A stretch of DNA of 64,000 nt from an uncultured Bacteroidota bacterium (GCA_963851385.1 CAWKPE010000010.1:199269-263268), one strand, 5' to 3'; positions 11,659 to 21,388 are shown, counted from the stretch's first letter. Numbers and translations are program-made. Notes: generated by a model from the sequence alone, not told the origin.

Positions 11659-12483
11659 TTATTTCTTTCTTTTTTCAATTATATATTTGTTAGAATCCTT
11701 GTTCTTTTTTCGTGTCTTATATCCCTTAGCTGGTATGCCCTTACGCGAACGAGGATGTCCTCCTGATGCACGGCCTTCACCTCCACCCATTGGATGATCT
11801 ACCGGGTTCATAGCCACACCTCTGTTCCTTGGACGACGGCCTAACCAACGTAAACGGCCAGCTTTGCCCATTTTTTCATTTGAATGATCAGTGTTGGAAA
11901 CTGCACCAACTGTTGCACGACATGAAACCAAAACCATACGTGATTCACCTGATGGAAGTTTGATAATAGCAAACTTGCCATCTCGTGAAGTAAGTTGTGC
12001 ATAAGTTCCTGCACTTCTGGCCAACGTGCCACCCTGGCCCGGACGAAGTTCTACATTATGTACGATAGTTCCTAATGGAATATCACTTAAAGGAAGAGTA
12101 TTACCAATTTCCGGAGCTATTCCATTTCCACTCTGTATCTTCTGTCCTACTTTTAATCCATCTGGAGCTAAAATATATTTCTTATCTCCGTCAGAATAAA
12201 CTAATAAAGCAATACGTGCAGTGCGGTTTGGATCGTATTCAATACTTTTAACAACTGCCTGCATACCATCTTTACTTCTTGCAAAGTCAATTATACGATA
12301 TTTACGTTTATGGCCTCCGCCAATATAACGTATAGTCATTTTTCCAGTATTATTCCTGCCTCCGCTACTCTTGATAGTCTCAATTAAAGATTTCTCCGGG
12401 ACAGTTTTAGTAATTTCGGAAAAATCACTTAAGATTTTGTCTCGCTGGCCAGGAGTTACCGGTTTATATTTATTCACTGCCAT
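11659..12483 (-). CDS. rplB: 50S ribosomal protein L2
   Basis: 274 aa, ...[17 protein letters not shown]... Confidence 0.97.
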   Translation of the reverse strand: MAVNKYKPVTPGQRDKILSDFSEITKTVPEKSLIETIKSSGGRNNTGKMTIRYIGGGHKRKYRIIDFARSKDGMQAVVKSIEYDPNRTARIALLVYSDGDKKYILAPDGLKVGQKIQSGNGIAPEIGNTLPLSDIPLGTIVHNVELRPGQGGTLARSAGTYAQLTSRDGKFAIIKLPSGESRMVLVSCRATVGAVSNTDHSNEKMGKAGRLRWLGRRPRNRGVAMNPVDHPMGGGEGRASGGHPRSRKGIPAKGYKTRKKNKDSNKYIIEKRKK

Positions 12484-12492
12484 TGTTCAATC

Positions 12493-12783
12493 CTATATAT
12501 TGCTGTAAAAATCAATTTTATCATCTTTTGCTACTTTAACTATAGCTTTCTTATATGAACCAGTTCTACCCTGGATGAAACCACCCTTTGTATAACGGTT
12601 CTTGCTTTTACCACCTGCTATTGCAGTATTAACTGATACAACAGTTACTCCGTACATGGCTTCAATAGCCTTTTTAATCTGCAATTTGTTAGCCCTCATG
12701 TCCACTCTAAAACCATAACAGTTGAGGGTTTCTCCCTGCGAGGTTAATTTTTCAGTAACTATTGGTTTAATTAAAACATCCAT
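12493..12783 (-). CDS. rplW: 50S ribosomal protein L23
   Basis: 96 aa, position between rplD and rplB. Confidence 0.94.
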   Translation of the reverse strand: MDVLIKPIVTEKLTSQGETLNCYGFRVDMRANKLQIKKAIEAMYGVTVVSVNTAIAGGKSKNRYTKGGFIQGRTGSYKKAIVKVAKDDKIDFYSNI

Positions 12784-12805
12784 GGTATTTTTATTTCAAT
12801 TGTTG

Positions 12806-13429
12806 TTATGCATTCTTTTGCAAAGCGTCAATTGTTTTCTCGGAAAACACTATAGTTGATGCGTTCATTATGTCATATGTGTTTAATTCTGAAAGCGTTA
12901 CAACTTTACTATCCTGTAAATTCCGGGATGACAAATATACATTTTTATTTTGTTCGTGAATCACGAGCAATAATTTTTTATCTTGAATTTTAAGATTATT
13001 GCGTAATTCAATAAATTCTTTAGTTTTCGGAGCTTCATAATTAAAATCTTCAACTACAAGTATGCATTTTTCTTTTGCCTTGTAACTAAGTGCAGATACT
13101 CTTGCCAATTGCTTAACTTTTTTATTTAATTTAAAGTTATAATCCCTTGGACGTGGACCGAATACACGACCACCTCCAATAAATACTGGAGATTTAATAC
13201 TACCGGCACGTGCACCACCAGTACCTTTTTGCTTTTTAATTTTGCGCGTACTATATGAAACTTCTGCACGTTCTTTTGACTTATGAGTTCCCTGACGCTT
13301 GTTAGCAAGATATTGTTTTACATCAAGATAAATAGCATGATCGCTGGGTTCAATGCCAAATATCTCAGGTTTCAGCGTTACCGATTTTCCGGTTTCTGTA
13401 CCAGCTATATCATAAATTGAAAGTTTCAT
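12806..13429 (-). CDS. rplD: 50S ribosomal protein L4
   Basis: 207 aa, ...[32 protein letters not shown]... Confidence 0.96.
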   Translation of the reverse strand: MKLSIYDIAGTETGKSVTLKPEIFGIEPSDHAIYLDVKQYLANKRQGTHKSKERAEVSYSTRKIKKQKGTGGARAGSIKSPVFIGGGRVFGPRPRDYNFKLNKKVKQLARVSALSYKAKEKCILVVEDFNYEAPKTKEFIELRNNLKIQDKKLLLVIHEQNKNVYLSSRNLQDSKVVTLSELNTYDIMNASTIVFSEKTIDALQKNA

Positions 13430-13454
13430 TGTAATATTATTTACTTAAATCATT

Positions 13455-14072
13455 TTATTTTTCAAGAATCAAATACGTGCCAACAGCTCCTGGTACAGCA
13501 CCTTTGACCATAACAATATTATTTTCAGGAATAATTTTTACTACCTTTAGGTTAAATATTTTTACAGTTTCATTACCTAAATGACCAGCCATACGCTTGC
13601 CTTTCCAAACCCTCGAAGGAAAAGATGAAGCTCCCATTGAACCGGGAGCACGAAGTCTGTTATGCTGACCATGAGTTGCACCACCAACTCCACTAAAGTT
13701 ATGGCGTTTAATTACTCCCTGGAAGCCTTTACCTTTTGTATTGCCCTGTACTTCTAAAAAATCTTCAGTAGTGAACATATCTGCCACTGTTAAAACATCA
13801 CCAATTTTGGCAGCCTGGAAATTTCTAAATTCGGCAACTTTACGCTTTGGCGCAGTATTGGCCTTTTTGAAATGACCAATCAATGCTTTAGTAGAATGCT
13901 TTTCTTTTTTATCGTCAAAAGCCAATTGCACTGCATTGTATCCGTCAATTTCAATTGTTTTTACCTGGGTTACCACGCAAGGACCAGCCTCTATTACTGT
14001 TACAGGAACATTCTTTCCTTCTTCAGTATATAGAGAAGTCATTCCTACTTTTTTACCAATCAATCCTAACAT
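13455..14072 (-). CDS. rplC: 50S ribosomal protein L3
   Basis: 205 aa, [13 protein letters not shown]... Confidence 0.96.
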   Translation of the reverse strand: MLGLIGKKVGMTSLYTEEGKNVPVTVIEAGPCVVTQVKTIEIDGYNAVQLAFDDKKEKHSTKALIGHFKKANTAPKRKVAEFRNFQAAKIGDVLTVADMFTTEDFLEVQGNTKGKGFQGVIKRHNFSGVGGATHGQHNRLRAPGSMGASSFPSRVWKGKRMAGHLGNETVKIFNLKVVKIIPENNIVMVKGAVPGAVGTYLILEK

Positions 14073-14092
14073 TTCTGTACAATTTAATATTG

Positions 14093-14398
14093 TTATACTT
14101 TAATTTCTACTTCAACTCCACTGGGCAATTCAAGCTTCATTAAAGCATCAATGGTTTTGGGAGTAGAACTGTAAATATCGAGCAATCTTTTAAATGAGTT
14201 TAATTCGAATTGCTCCCTGGACTTTTTGTTAACAAAGGGCGAGCGCAATACAGTAAAAATTTTCTTATGTGTGGGCAATGGAATTGGACCACTGACAACA
14301 GCACCGGTCGATTTCACTGTTTTCACAATCTTTTCGGCTGATTTGTCAACCAGATTGTGGTCGTATGACTTTAATTTAATTCTAATTTTTTGACTCAT
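14093..14398 (-). CDS. rpsJ: 30S ribosomal protein S10
   Basis: ORF trimmed to [20 protein letters not shown]... (ATG at 14398). First gene of the S10 block. Confidence 0.95.
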   Translation of the reverse strand: MSQKIRIKLKSYDHNLVDKSAEKIVKTVKSTGAVVSGPIPLPTHKKIFTVLRSPFVNKKSREQFELNSFKRLLDIYSSTPKTIDALMKLELPSGVEVEIKV

Positions 14399-14411
14399 TA
14401 TCAATAATTAT

Positions 14412-16521
14412 TTAGATTACTGTTGATTTTCCTTTTACTTTATCAAGAATATCTTTTGCCAAATTTGGTGATACCTGCTGGAAATGTGAAAACTCCATAC
14501 TTGATGTAGCACGTCCTGAAGTAAGAGTACGCAATACTGTAACATAACCAAACTGTTCAGCAAGTGGTACTTTTGCTTTAACCACTCTACCGCCAGCTTT
14601 CATTTCCATACCTTCAATATTACCACGCCGTTTGTTCAAGTCACCTATAACATCGCCAACATATTCTTCAGGAGTAACTACTTCAAGTTTCATTATAGGT
14701 TCCAGGAATACTGGATTTGCCTTATTGCATGCTTTTTTAAATGCCATCTTAGCACAAATCTCAAATGATAAAGAATCTGAATCTACAGCATGATATGAAC
14801 CATCAAGTAATGTAACTTTCAAACTGTCCATTTTATAACCTGCCAATACACCATTTCGCATTGCTTCCTTAAAACCTTTTTCAACAGAAGGGATATATTC
14901 TTTAGGCACATTACCACCTTTTACCTTATTTTCAAATTGAAGACCTGTTATATTAGCATCAGCAGGCTCAACACGAACTTCAATGTCAGCAAACTTGCCA
15001 CGGCCACCACTTTGTTTTTTAAATGTTTCACGAATTTCAACTGCAGAAGTAATAGCTTCCTTATAAGCTACCTGAGGAGCTCCTTGGTTACATTCAACTT
15101 TAAATTCGCGTTTCAACCTGTCCACAATAATTTCTAAGTGAAGTTCTCCCATACCGCTAATAATAGTCTGGCCGGAATCTTCATCCGTGTGAACACGAAA
15201 TGTTGGATCTTCTTCGGAAAGCTTACCAAGTGCAATTCCTAATTTATCAAAATCTCCCTGGGTTTTAGGTTCAATTGCGATACCAATAACCGGTTCCGGG
15301 AATTTCATTGATTCAAGTGTAATAGGATGTTTTTCATCACAAAGTGTATCACCGGTACGAATATCTTTAAAACCAACGGCTGCACAAATATCACCAGCTT
15401 CTATAATATCACGGGGATTTTGCTTGTTGGCATGCATCTGGAAAAGACGGGCAATACGTTCTTTCTTACGAGTACGGCTATTTAAAACATAAGAACCGGA
15501 TTTTATAGTACCTGAGTAAACTCTCATATAACACAAGCGACCTACAAAAGGATCAGTTGCAATTTTAAATGCCAATGCTGTAAGAGGTTGTTTTTCATCA
15601 GGTTTTCTGGTAACAGGTTTATGAATTACCGGATTTATACCTTCGATATCAGGAACATCTAATGGACTGGGAAGGAAATCTGCTACTGCATCTAAAAGCT
15701 GCTGAACTCCTTTATTTTTAAATGCTGCACCACAAAGAATAGGCGTAATTTTCATGCTGATGGTTGCTTTGCGACATGCGTCTCCTAAGCTCATCCGCAT
15801 TTAAAGAATTTTTATCATTAAAGAATTTTTCCAATAGAACATCGTCTTGTTCACAAATTACTTCCAATAATTTATCTCGCCATTCTTCAACAGTTTCTTT
15901 TAAATCATCAGGAACATCAACAATATTGAATTTTTCACCCTTTGGATCATCTGTGTCATAAATATGTGCCTTTCTTTCAAAAAGGTCAACCACACCCATG
16001 AATTTTTCTTCAGCACCAATGGGAACCTGAATAGGAACTGCATTTGCTCCTAACTTATCTTTGATTTGTTGAATCAACTCAAAAAAATCGGCACCTGTAC
16101 GATCCATTTTATTGACGAAGCCTATCCGGGGAACATTATATTTGTTGGCCTGACGCCACACAGTTTCCGACTGAGGTTCAACTCCGGCAACTGCGCAGAA
16201 AAGAGCGACAGCACCGTCAAGGACACGCAAAGAACGCTCAACTTCAACAGTAAAGTCAACATGACCTGGAGTATCAATAATATTTATTTTGTATTCCTGA
16301 TTTTTATATTTCCAGAAACAGGTTGTAGCTGCAGAAGTAATAGTAATTCCTCTCTCCTGCTCTTGAACCATCCAATCCATTGTAGCTGCACCATCATGAA
16401 CCTCACCAATCTTATAATTCACACCAGTATAATATAGGATGCGCTCGGTAGTAGTAGTTTTACCGGCATCTATGTGGGCCATAATTCCTATATTCCTGGT
16501 ATATCTTAAATCCCTGCTCAT
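14412..16521 (-). pseudogene. fusA: elongation factor G, reading frame broken once as sequenced
   Basis: An N-terminal 267-aa piece ([19 protein letters not shown]...) and a C-terminal 462-aa piece (…[26 protein letters not shown]...) overlap at 15718-15800. The junction is ...ELRR/ACRKATI near 15775-15787. One extra base separates the frames. Confidence 0.92.
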
Positions 16522-16655
16522 TTAAAAAAATCTCCTGTCTTCTTACTTCTATTTTATTTACAACCAATTTCAAATATTTTAGTTTTAATGGAAACATCCA
16601 AAAAATCTAATTTGACTAACAATAAAAAAGTTCTGATAACTTTTTAAAGTGTTTC

Positions 16656-17132
16656 TCAGAACCTGAAATGAGCGAATGCTTTGTTAGCATCGGCCATTTT
16701 GTGCATATCCTCTTTCTTCTTGAAAGCTCCGCCTTCTTCGTTGAAAGCAGCCAAAATTTCTGCAGCTAATTTTTCAGACATTGATTTTCCTGCTCTTTTA
16801 CCGGCAAAAAGTATCATATGTTTAATACTTAAAGCAACTTTTCGATCAGCCCTTACTTCCTGGGGAACCTGAAAAGTAGCACCACCTACCCGGCGGCTTT
16901 TAACTTCAACCTGCGGAGTAATATTTTCGAGCGCTTTTTTCCATATATCAAGAGCCTGCTTCTCGGCATCTTTGTTTTTTTCAGCTACCTGGTCAATAGC
17001 ATCATAAAATACTCTTAACGCAACACTTTTTTTACCGCGCGTCATCAGGTTGTTTACAAACCTTGTTACCAACAAATCACCATACTTGGGATCGGGCAAT
17101 AATAATCTTTTTTTTGGCTTTGCTTTTCTCAT
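16656..17132 (-). CDS. rpsG: 30S ribosomal protein S7
   Basis: 158 aa, [19 protein letters not shown]... Confidence 0.97.
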   Translation of the reverse strand: MRKAKPKKRLLLPDPKYGDLLVTRFVNNLMTRGKKSVALRVFYDAIDQVAEKNKDAEKQALDIWKKALENITPQVEVKSRRVGGATFQVPQEVRADRKVALSIKHMILFAGKRAGKSMSEKLAAEILAAFNEEGGAFKKKEDMHKMADANKAFAHFRF

Positions 17133-17174
17133 TTGGTCAGCAAAAATTTTATACCTATATATATATAATGTTAT

Positions 17175-17580
17175 TTAAACTTTTTTAGCTGCTGCAGCTA
17201 TTGCACTTACTTTTGGACGTTTAGCACCGTAAAGTGACCGACTCTGTTTTCTGCCTTCAACACCAGCTGCATCGAGGGTTCCCCTTATTAAATGATAACG
17301 TACACCTGGAAGATCTTTAACACGTCCACCACGAACTAAGAACAATTGAGTGCTCCTGTAAGTTATGTCCTTCACCTGGAATATAAGCCGTTACTTCTAT
17401 ACCGTTTGTAAGCCTTACACGTGCAACCTTGCGCATTGCTGAATTTGGTTTTTTTGGAGTTGTCGTGTAAACTCTTGTACAAACACCACGCCTCTGCGGA
17501 CAACTTATCAATGCCGGAGCTTTACTTTTAAATTCAAGTTTCTTTCTTCCTTTTCTTACTAATTGCTGTATTGTTGGCAT
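17175..17580 (-). pseudogene. rpsL: 30S ribosomal protein S12, reading frame broken once as sequenced
   Basis: True start is [14 protein letters not shown] (ATG at 17580). ...[12 protein letters not shown] then slips, and [19 protein letters not shown]... continues in another frame. The junction is at plus 17331-17343. One extra A separates the frames. Confidence 0.9.
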
Positions 17581-17621
17581 ACAATCTATGTATTTACTGT
17601 ATTTATTAATAAAATGGGTTG

Positions 17622-17651
17622 CAAAGGTAGATTTTTTTTTGAAAAAACAAA
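17622..17651 (-). promoter_or_regulatory. candidate Bacteroidota-type promoter of the str operon
   Basis: Minus strand reads TTTG, then 18 nt, then TACCTTTG. This fits the TTTG (-33) / TAnnTTTG (-7) consensus. It lies about 40 nt upstream of the rpsL ATG. Confidence 0.5.
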
Positions 17652-17752
17652 CATGACCTTTTAAAATATTTTCTACAAACTCTGACAATGAATTTAAATG
17701 AATAGAATTTCAACTTTAATTCGTTAAAAATTGTGAAGTATTAAAAAAATAT

Positions 17753-17760
17753 TATTTTTG
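17753..17760 (+). promoter_or_regulatory. candidate -7 box (TATTTTTG) for the EF-G-like gene
   Basis: Matches TAnnTTTG and is followed by CAA. It lies ~93 nt upstream of the ATG at 17853. Confidence 0.35.
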
Positions 17761-17852
17761 CAACGCTCTTGCTGATTTTGAGAAAATTAAGGCCTTCCAG
17801 AAGGAATGGGGGTTTTCAATTACTGAACTTAACTAATTAAATAAATATTACA

Positions 17853-20009
17853 ATGAAAAATTATGTAACAAACCAGGTAAAAAATATTACCCTGCTTGGC
17901 AATTCGGGCTCGGGTAAAACCACTCTTGCCGAAGCAATGCTTTTCGAGGGTGGCGTTATAGAAAGACGTGGTACAGTAGAACAAAAAAATACAGTGTCTG
18001 ACTATAATGATATAGAACATGAAAATAAAAATTCAATTTTTTCATCTGTACTGTACACTGAATATCTTGATAAAAAAATAAATATCATAGACAACCCGGG
18101 ATTAGACGATTTTGTTGGTGGTGCTATTGCATCTATTATGGTTGCTGATTCCGCCGTACTTTTAATTAATGCCCAGAATGGTATTGAGGTTGGAACTGAA
18201 ATACATGCCCGTCATCTGGAAAACCATAAAAAACCAATGATTATATTGGTTAACCATTTGGACCATGACAAAGCAAATTTTGAAAAGGCCATTGAAATGG
18301 CCAAAGAACGTATAGGAAATAATATTACAATTTTACAATATCCAATAAATGAAGGTTCAAGCTTTAACAGTGTTATTGATGTAATGCTGATGAAGATGTT
18401 AAAATATCCCGCAGATGGAGGCAAAGCAGAAGTTGCCGACATTCCTGCAAATGAATCAGAAAAGGCTACTGCGTTGCACAATCAATTAATTGAAAAAGCA
18501 GCTGAAAGTGATGAAAAATTAATGGAAGTATTTTTTGACAAAGGCACATTGACGAGTGATGAATTACAAAAAGGAATTATGGCAGGTATAATTTCAAGAG
18601 GATTATTTCCTGTTTTATGTGCATCGGCTAAAAAGAATATGGGTGTTGGTAATTTACTTGAATTCATTTGTAATGTTGCACCAGGTCCACAGGATGTGCC
18701 CGGTTTAAAATCAACTGATGGCAAAGAAATTAAAGTCAACCCATCTTTACCGGCAGCGCTCTTTGTTTTTAAAACAAACATCGAACAGCACATTGGTGAA
18801 ATAAATTATTTTAAAGTAATAGGCGGTGAAATAGTTGAAAGTATCGACCTGGTTAATAATAATAACCAGACAAAAGAAAGATTGAGCCAATTATTTGTAT
18901 CGGCCGGTAAAAACCGCACCAAAGTTCCTAAACTTGCAGCCGGTGATATTGGCGCGACAGTAAAGCTTAAGAATACCAAGACACAACATACGCTTACTTT
19001 ATCTAATCAATCAACTATTTTCGAAAAAATAGCATTTCCAAATCCAAAATTTCGCACTGCAATTAAGGCAAAAAGCGAAGGAGATGAAGAAAAACTTGGC
19101 GAAGCACTTAACCGGATGCAACAGGAAGATCCTACTATAATAGTTGAATATTCTAAAGAACTTAAACAAACTATTCTGCATGGACAGGGAGAATACCATC
19201 TTAATATATTAAAATGGCATCTTGACAATATTTTTAAAATTCAAACTGAATTCCTTGCTCCAAAAATTCCTTATCGCGAAACAATAACTAAAATAGCTGC
19301 TGCCGACTATCGTCATAAAAAGCAATCAGGAGGAGCCGGACAGTTTGGTGAAGTTTACCTGGTAATAGAACCATATATAGAAGGAGCTCCAGACCCAACA
19401 ATGTATAAAGTTGGAAGTAAGGAAATAAAAATAAATGTTCGTCATAAAGATGAGGTTGACATGCCCTGGGGAGGTAAACTTGTTTACTATAATTGTATTG
19501 TAGGCGGTTCTATTGATGCACGTTTCATGCCTTCAATACTTAAAGGAATTATGGAAAAAATGGAAGAAGGACCACTTACGGGTTCTTACGCCCGCGATAT
19601 ACGAGTAGCAGTTTATGACGGTAAAATGCACCCTGTCGATTCTAATGATATTTCATTCAGATTAGCCGGAAGAAATGCATTTAAAGAAGCTTTCAAAAAT
19701 GCCGGTCCAAAAATTATGGAACCCATATATGACGTTGAAGTTTTTGTACCTTCCGACCGCATGGGAGATGTGATGAGCGATTTACAGGGACGCCGTGCAA
19801 TTGTTCAGGGAATGAGCAGTGAGAAAGGCTTTGAAAAAATAATTGCCAGGGTACCTCTGGCTGAAATGAATAAGTACTCAACTGCCTTGAGTTCGCTGAC
19901 TGCAGGCCGTGCAATTTATACTATGAAATTTGCCGAATATGCACAGGTTCCGGGTGAAATCCAGACTGAACTTCTGAAAGCTTATGAAGCTGAAGAAAAA
20001 GAAGAATAA
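17853..20009 (+). CDS. EF-G-like translational GTPase (paralogue, not the canonical fusA)
   Basis: 718 aa. It has P-loop GNSGSGKTT, DNPG and NHLD G-motifs, then EF-G-like domains (…YRHKKQSGGAGQFGEV…). It is divergent from the str operon. Confidence 0.85.
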   Translation: MKNYVTNQVKNITLLGNSGSGKTTLAEAMLFEGGVIERRGTVEQKNTVSDYNDIEHENKNSIFSSVLYTEYLDKKINIIDNPGLDDFVGGAIASIMVADSAVLLINAQNGIEVGTEIHARHLENHKKPMIILVNHLDHDKANFEKAIEMAKERIGNNITILQYPINEGSSFNSVIDVMLMKMLKYPADGGKAEVADIPANESEKATALHNQLIEKAAESDEKLMEVFFDKGTLTSDELQKGIMAGIISRGLFPVLCASAKKNMGVGNLLEFICNVAPGPQDVPGLKSTDGKEIKVNPSLPAALFVFKTNIEQHIGEINYFKVIGGEIVESIDLVNNNNQTKERLSQLFVSAGKNRTKVPKLAAGDIGATVKLKNTKTQHTLTLSNQSTIFEKIAFPNPKFRTAIKAKSEGDEEKLGEALNRMQQEDPTIIVEYSKELKQTILHGQGEYHLNILKWHLDNIFKIQTEFLAPKIPYRETITKIAAADYRHKKQSGGAGQFGEVYLVIEPYIEGAPDPTMYKVGSKEIKINVRHKDEVDMPWGGKLVYYNCIVGGSIDARFMPSILKGIMEKMEEGPLTGSYARDIRVAVYDGKMHPVDSNDISFRLAGRNAFKEAFKNAGPKIMEPIYDVEVFVPSDRMGDVMSDLQGRRAIVQGMSSEKGFEKIIARVPLAEMNKYSTALSSLTAGRAIYTMKFAEYAQVPGEIQTELLKAYEAEEKEE

Positions 20010-20225
20010 TTTAATGACTAATTACCAATCAATATCGTTTAGTTAAGGAACGAAACACCCTTCGACAAGCTCAGGGTGACAATAAGATGAGGTCATACTG
20101 AGCTTGTCGAAGTATGACCAATGATATAAAACTGCTTAACTAAACGACATTGAATTACCAATGACTAATTACTGATTATAATAAGTCAAATAAAAATTGA
20201 GCCCTGCAAAAGTGGAGCTTTTTGA
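19853..20225 (+). repeat. direct repeat copy 1 (3' end of EF-G-like gene + MITE + terminator start)
   Basis: Aligns by hand with 21013-21388 at a constant offset of 1160 bp. I counted 9 substitutions before the terminator region, where small indels begin. Confidence 0.9.
20030..20152 (+). mobile_element. 123-bp MITE-like nested-hairpin element, copy 1
   Basis: Terminal inverted repeats caatatcgtttagttaag / cttaactaaacgacattg. Two internal hairpins are built on cttcgacaagctcag. Flanked by a perfect 10-bp direct duplication AATTACCAAT (20020-20029 and 20153-20162). Confidence 0.8.
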
Positions 20226-20341
20226 TTACATTAAATGCAAAAAGATCAAAGTCAACTGCGATAGAATCACTAAATTTTCCATAGCGTTGTGTCCCATTTA
20301 AAAAATAAATTTCATCGAAACTTCTTAAGATTTTTTTATCT

Positions 20342-20584
20342 TTGAAAAAAAGAAAAATGCAAGCATATAGATTTGAAACACGGATATCCAAAAAAGGAGT
20401 AATACAATTACCTTTTAATCAGCAATTAGTTGATAGAGAGGTTGAAATTATTATATTGCCCAAACAGGATTTAAAAGCAAATAAAAATGCTTCTGTTGAT
20501 TTTGTAAATAAATGGGCCGGATTTCTTTCAAATGTAAATATAGAGGATTCAAAGTTTCAATATTTGAAAGAAAAATACAAATAA
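20342..20584 (+). CDS. putative antitoxin of a type II TA pair (family not recognised)
   Basis: 80-aa ORF whose stop overlaps the PIN gene start (TAATG). It is small, charged, and immediately upstream of a PIN toxin. An alternative start is M6 (20357). Confidence 0.6.
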   Translation: MKKRKMQAYRFETRISKKGVIQLPFNQQLVDREVEIIILPKQDLKANKNASVDFVNKWAGFLSNVNIEDSKFQYLKEKYK

Positions 20585-21003
20585 TGAGAGTTCTATTTGA
20601 TACAAATATAATTCTTGATATTGCTCTTGGTCGGGAACCGTATTTTACTGATTCTGCCAATGCTTTTAAGAAAATTGACAATAAATCAATATTTGGGTTC
20701 ATCACTGCAACTACAATTACAGACATCTATTATATTGCTAAAAGAGAAAAAGGCCATCAAGTTATAATTGATTTTATTGGTAACTTGATTGAAATAATTG
20801 ATGTAATAGGGATTGATAGGCAAGTAATAATTGAATCACTATTTTCTCAGCTTTTTGATTTTGAAGATGCTATACAATCGGTTTCATCTCGTTTAAATGG
20901 TATTGATTATATCATAACGCGAAACCAAAAGGATTTTGCTAAATCTGAAGTAAAAGCTTTAACTCCAAAAGAATTCTTGAACTTATTAAAGAAAATAAAA
21001 TAA
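20584..21003 (+). CDS. PIN-domain (VapC-like) toxin
   Basis: 139 aa from MRVLFDTNIILDIALG..., with acidic PIN positions (FDTN, DFEDA, ITRNQKDF). The ORF-track start at 20512 is an upstream extension. Confidence 0.8.
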   Translation: MRVLFDTNIILDIALGREPYFTDSANAFKKIDNKSIFGFITATTITDIYYIAKREKGHQVIIDFIGNLIEIIDVIGIDRQVIIESLFSQLFDFEDAIQSVSSRLNGIDYIITRNQKDFAKSEVKALTPKEFLNLLKKIK

Positions 21004-21012
21004 TAAAAACAG

Positions 21013-21169
21013 ACCTCTGGCAGAAATGAATAAGTGCTCAACTGCCTTGAGTTCGCTGACTGCAGGACGTGCAATTTATACTATGAAATTTGCTGAATAC
21101 GCTCAGGTTCCCGGTGAAATCCAGACTGAACTTCTGAAAGCTTATGAAGCAGAAGAAAAAGAAGAATAA
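21013..21169 (+). pseudogene. orphan 3' fragment (last ~52 codons) of an EF-G-like gene
   Basis: Reads PLAEMNKCSTALSSLTAGRAIYTMKFAEYAQVPGEIQTELLKAYEAEEKEE*. An in-frame TAA lies a few codons upstream and there is no N-terminal part. Confidence 0.85.
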
Positions 21170-21189
21170 TTTAATGACTAATTACCAAT

Positions 21190-21312
21190 CAATATCGTTT
21201 AGTTAAGGAACGAAACACCCTTCGACAAGCTCAGGGTGACAATAAGATGAGGTCATACTGAGCTTGTCGAAGTATGACCAATGATATAAAACTGCTTAAC
21301 TAAACGACATTG
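21190..21312 (+). mobile_element. 123-bp MITE-like element, copy 2 (inside repeat copy 2)
   Basis: Identical by eye to copy 1, including the same 10-bp flanks. It was therefore duplicated with the repeat and not inserted independently. Confidence 0.8.
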
Positions 21313-21358
21313 AATTACCAATGACTGATTACTGATTATAATAAGTCAAATAAAAATT

Positions 21359-21388
21359 GAGCCCTGCAAAATGAAGTGGGGCTTTTTT
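21359..21388 (+). terminator. weak rho-independent terminator
   Basis: agccc ... gggct stem (5 bp) followed by TTTTTT. Confidence 0.4.

Larger units (their letters stand above)
21013..21388 (+). repeat. direct repeat copy 2
   Basis: Partner of 19853-20225. It ends in the better-formed terminator. Confidence 0.9.

Noticed and set aside
7330-17580. Programmed ribosomal frameshifting or transcriptional slippage in rpsH, rplP, fusA and rpsL
   Set aside because: There are no slippery heptamers or long homopolymers at the junctions. The breaks are scattered over unrelated genes throughout the window, including a helicase and murA. No such recoding is known for these genes, so consensus indel error is far more likely.
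20176-20391. 71-aa minus-strand ORF spanning the end of repeat copy 1 and the TA promoter region
   Set aside because: It overlaps the terminator remnant and the start of the antitoxin gene, shows no motif, and is antisense to the only plausible promoter region of the TA operon.
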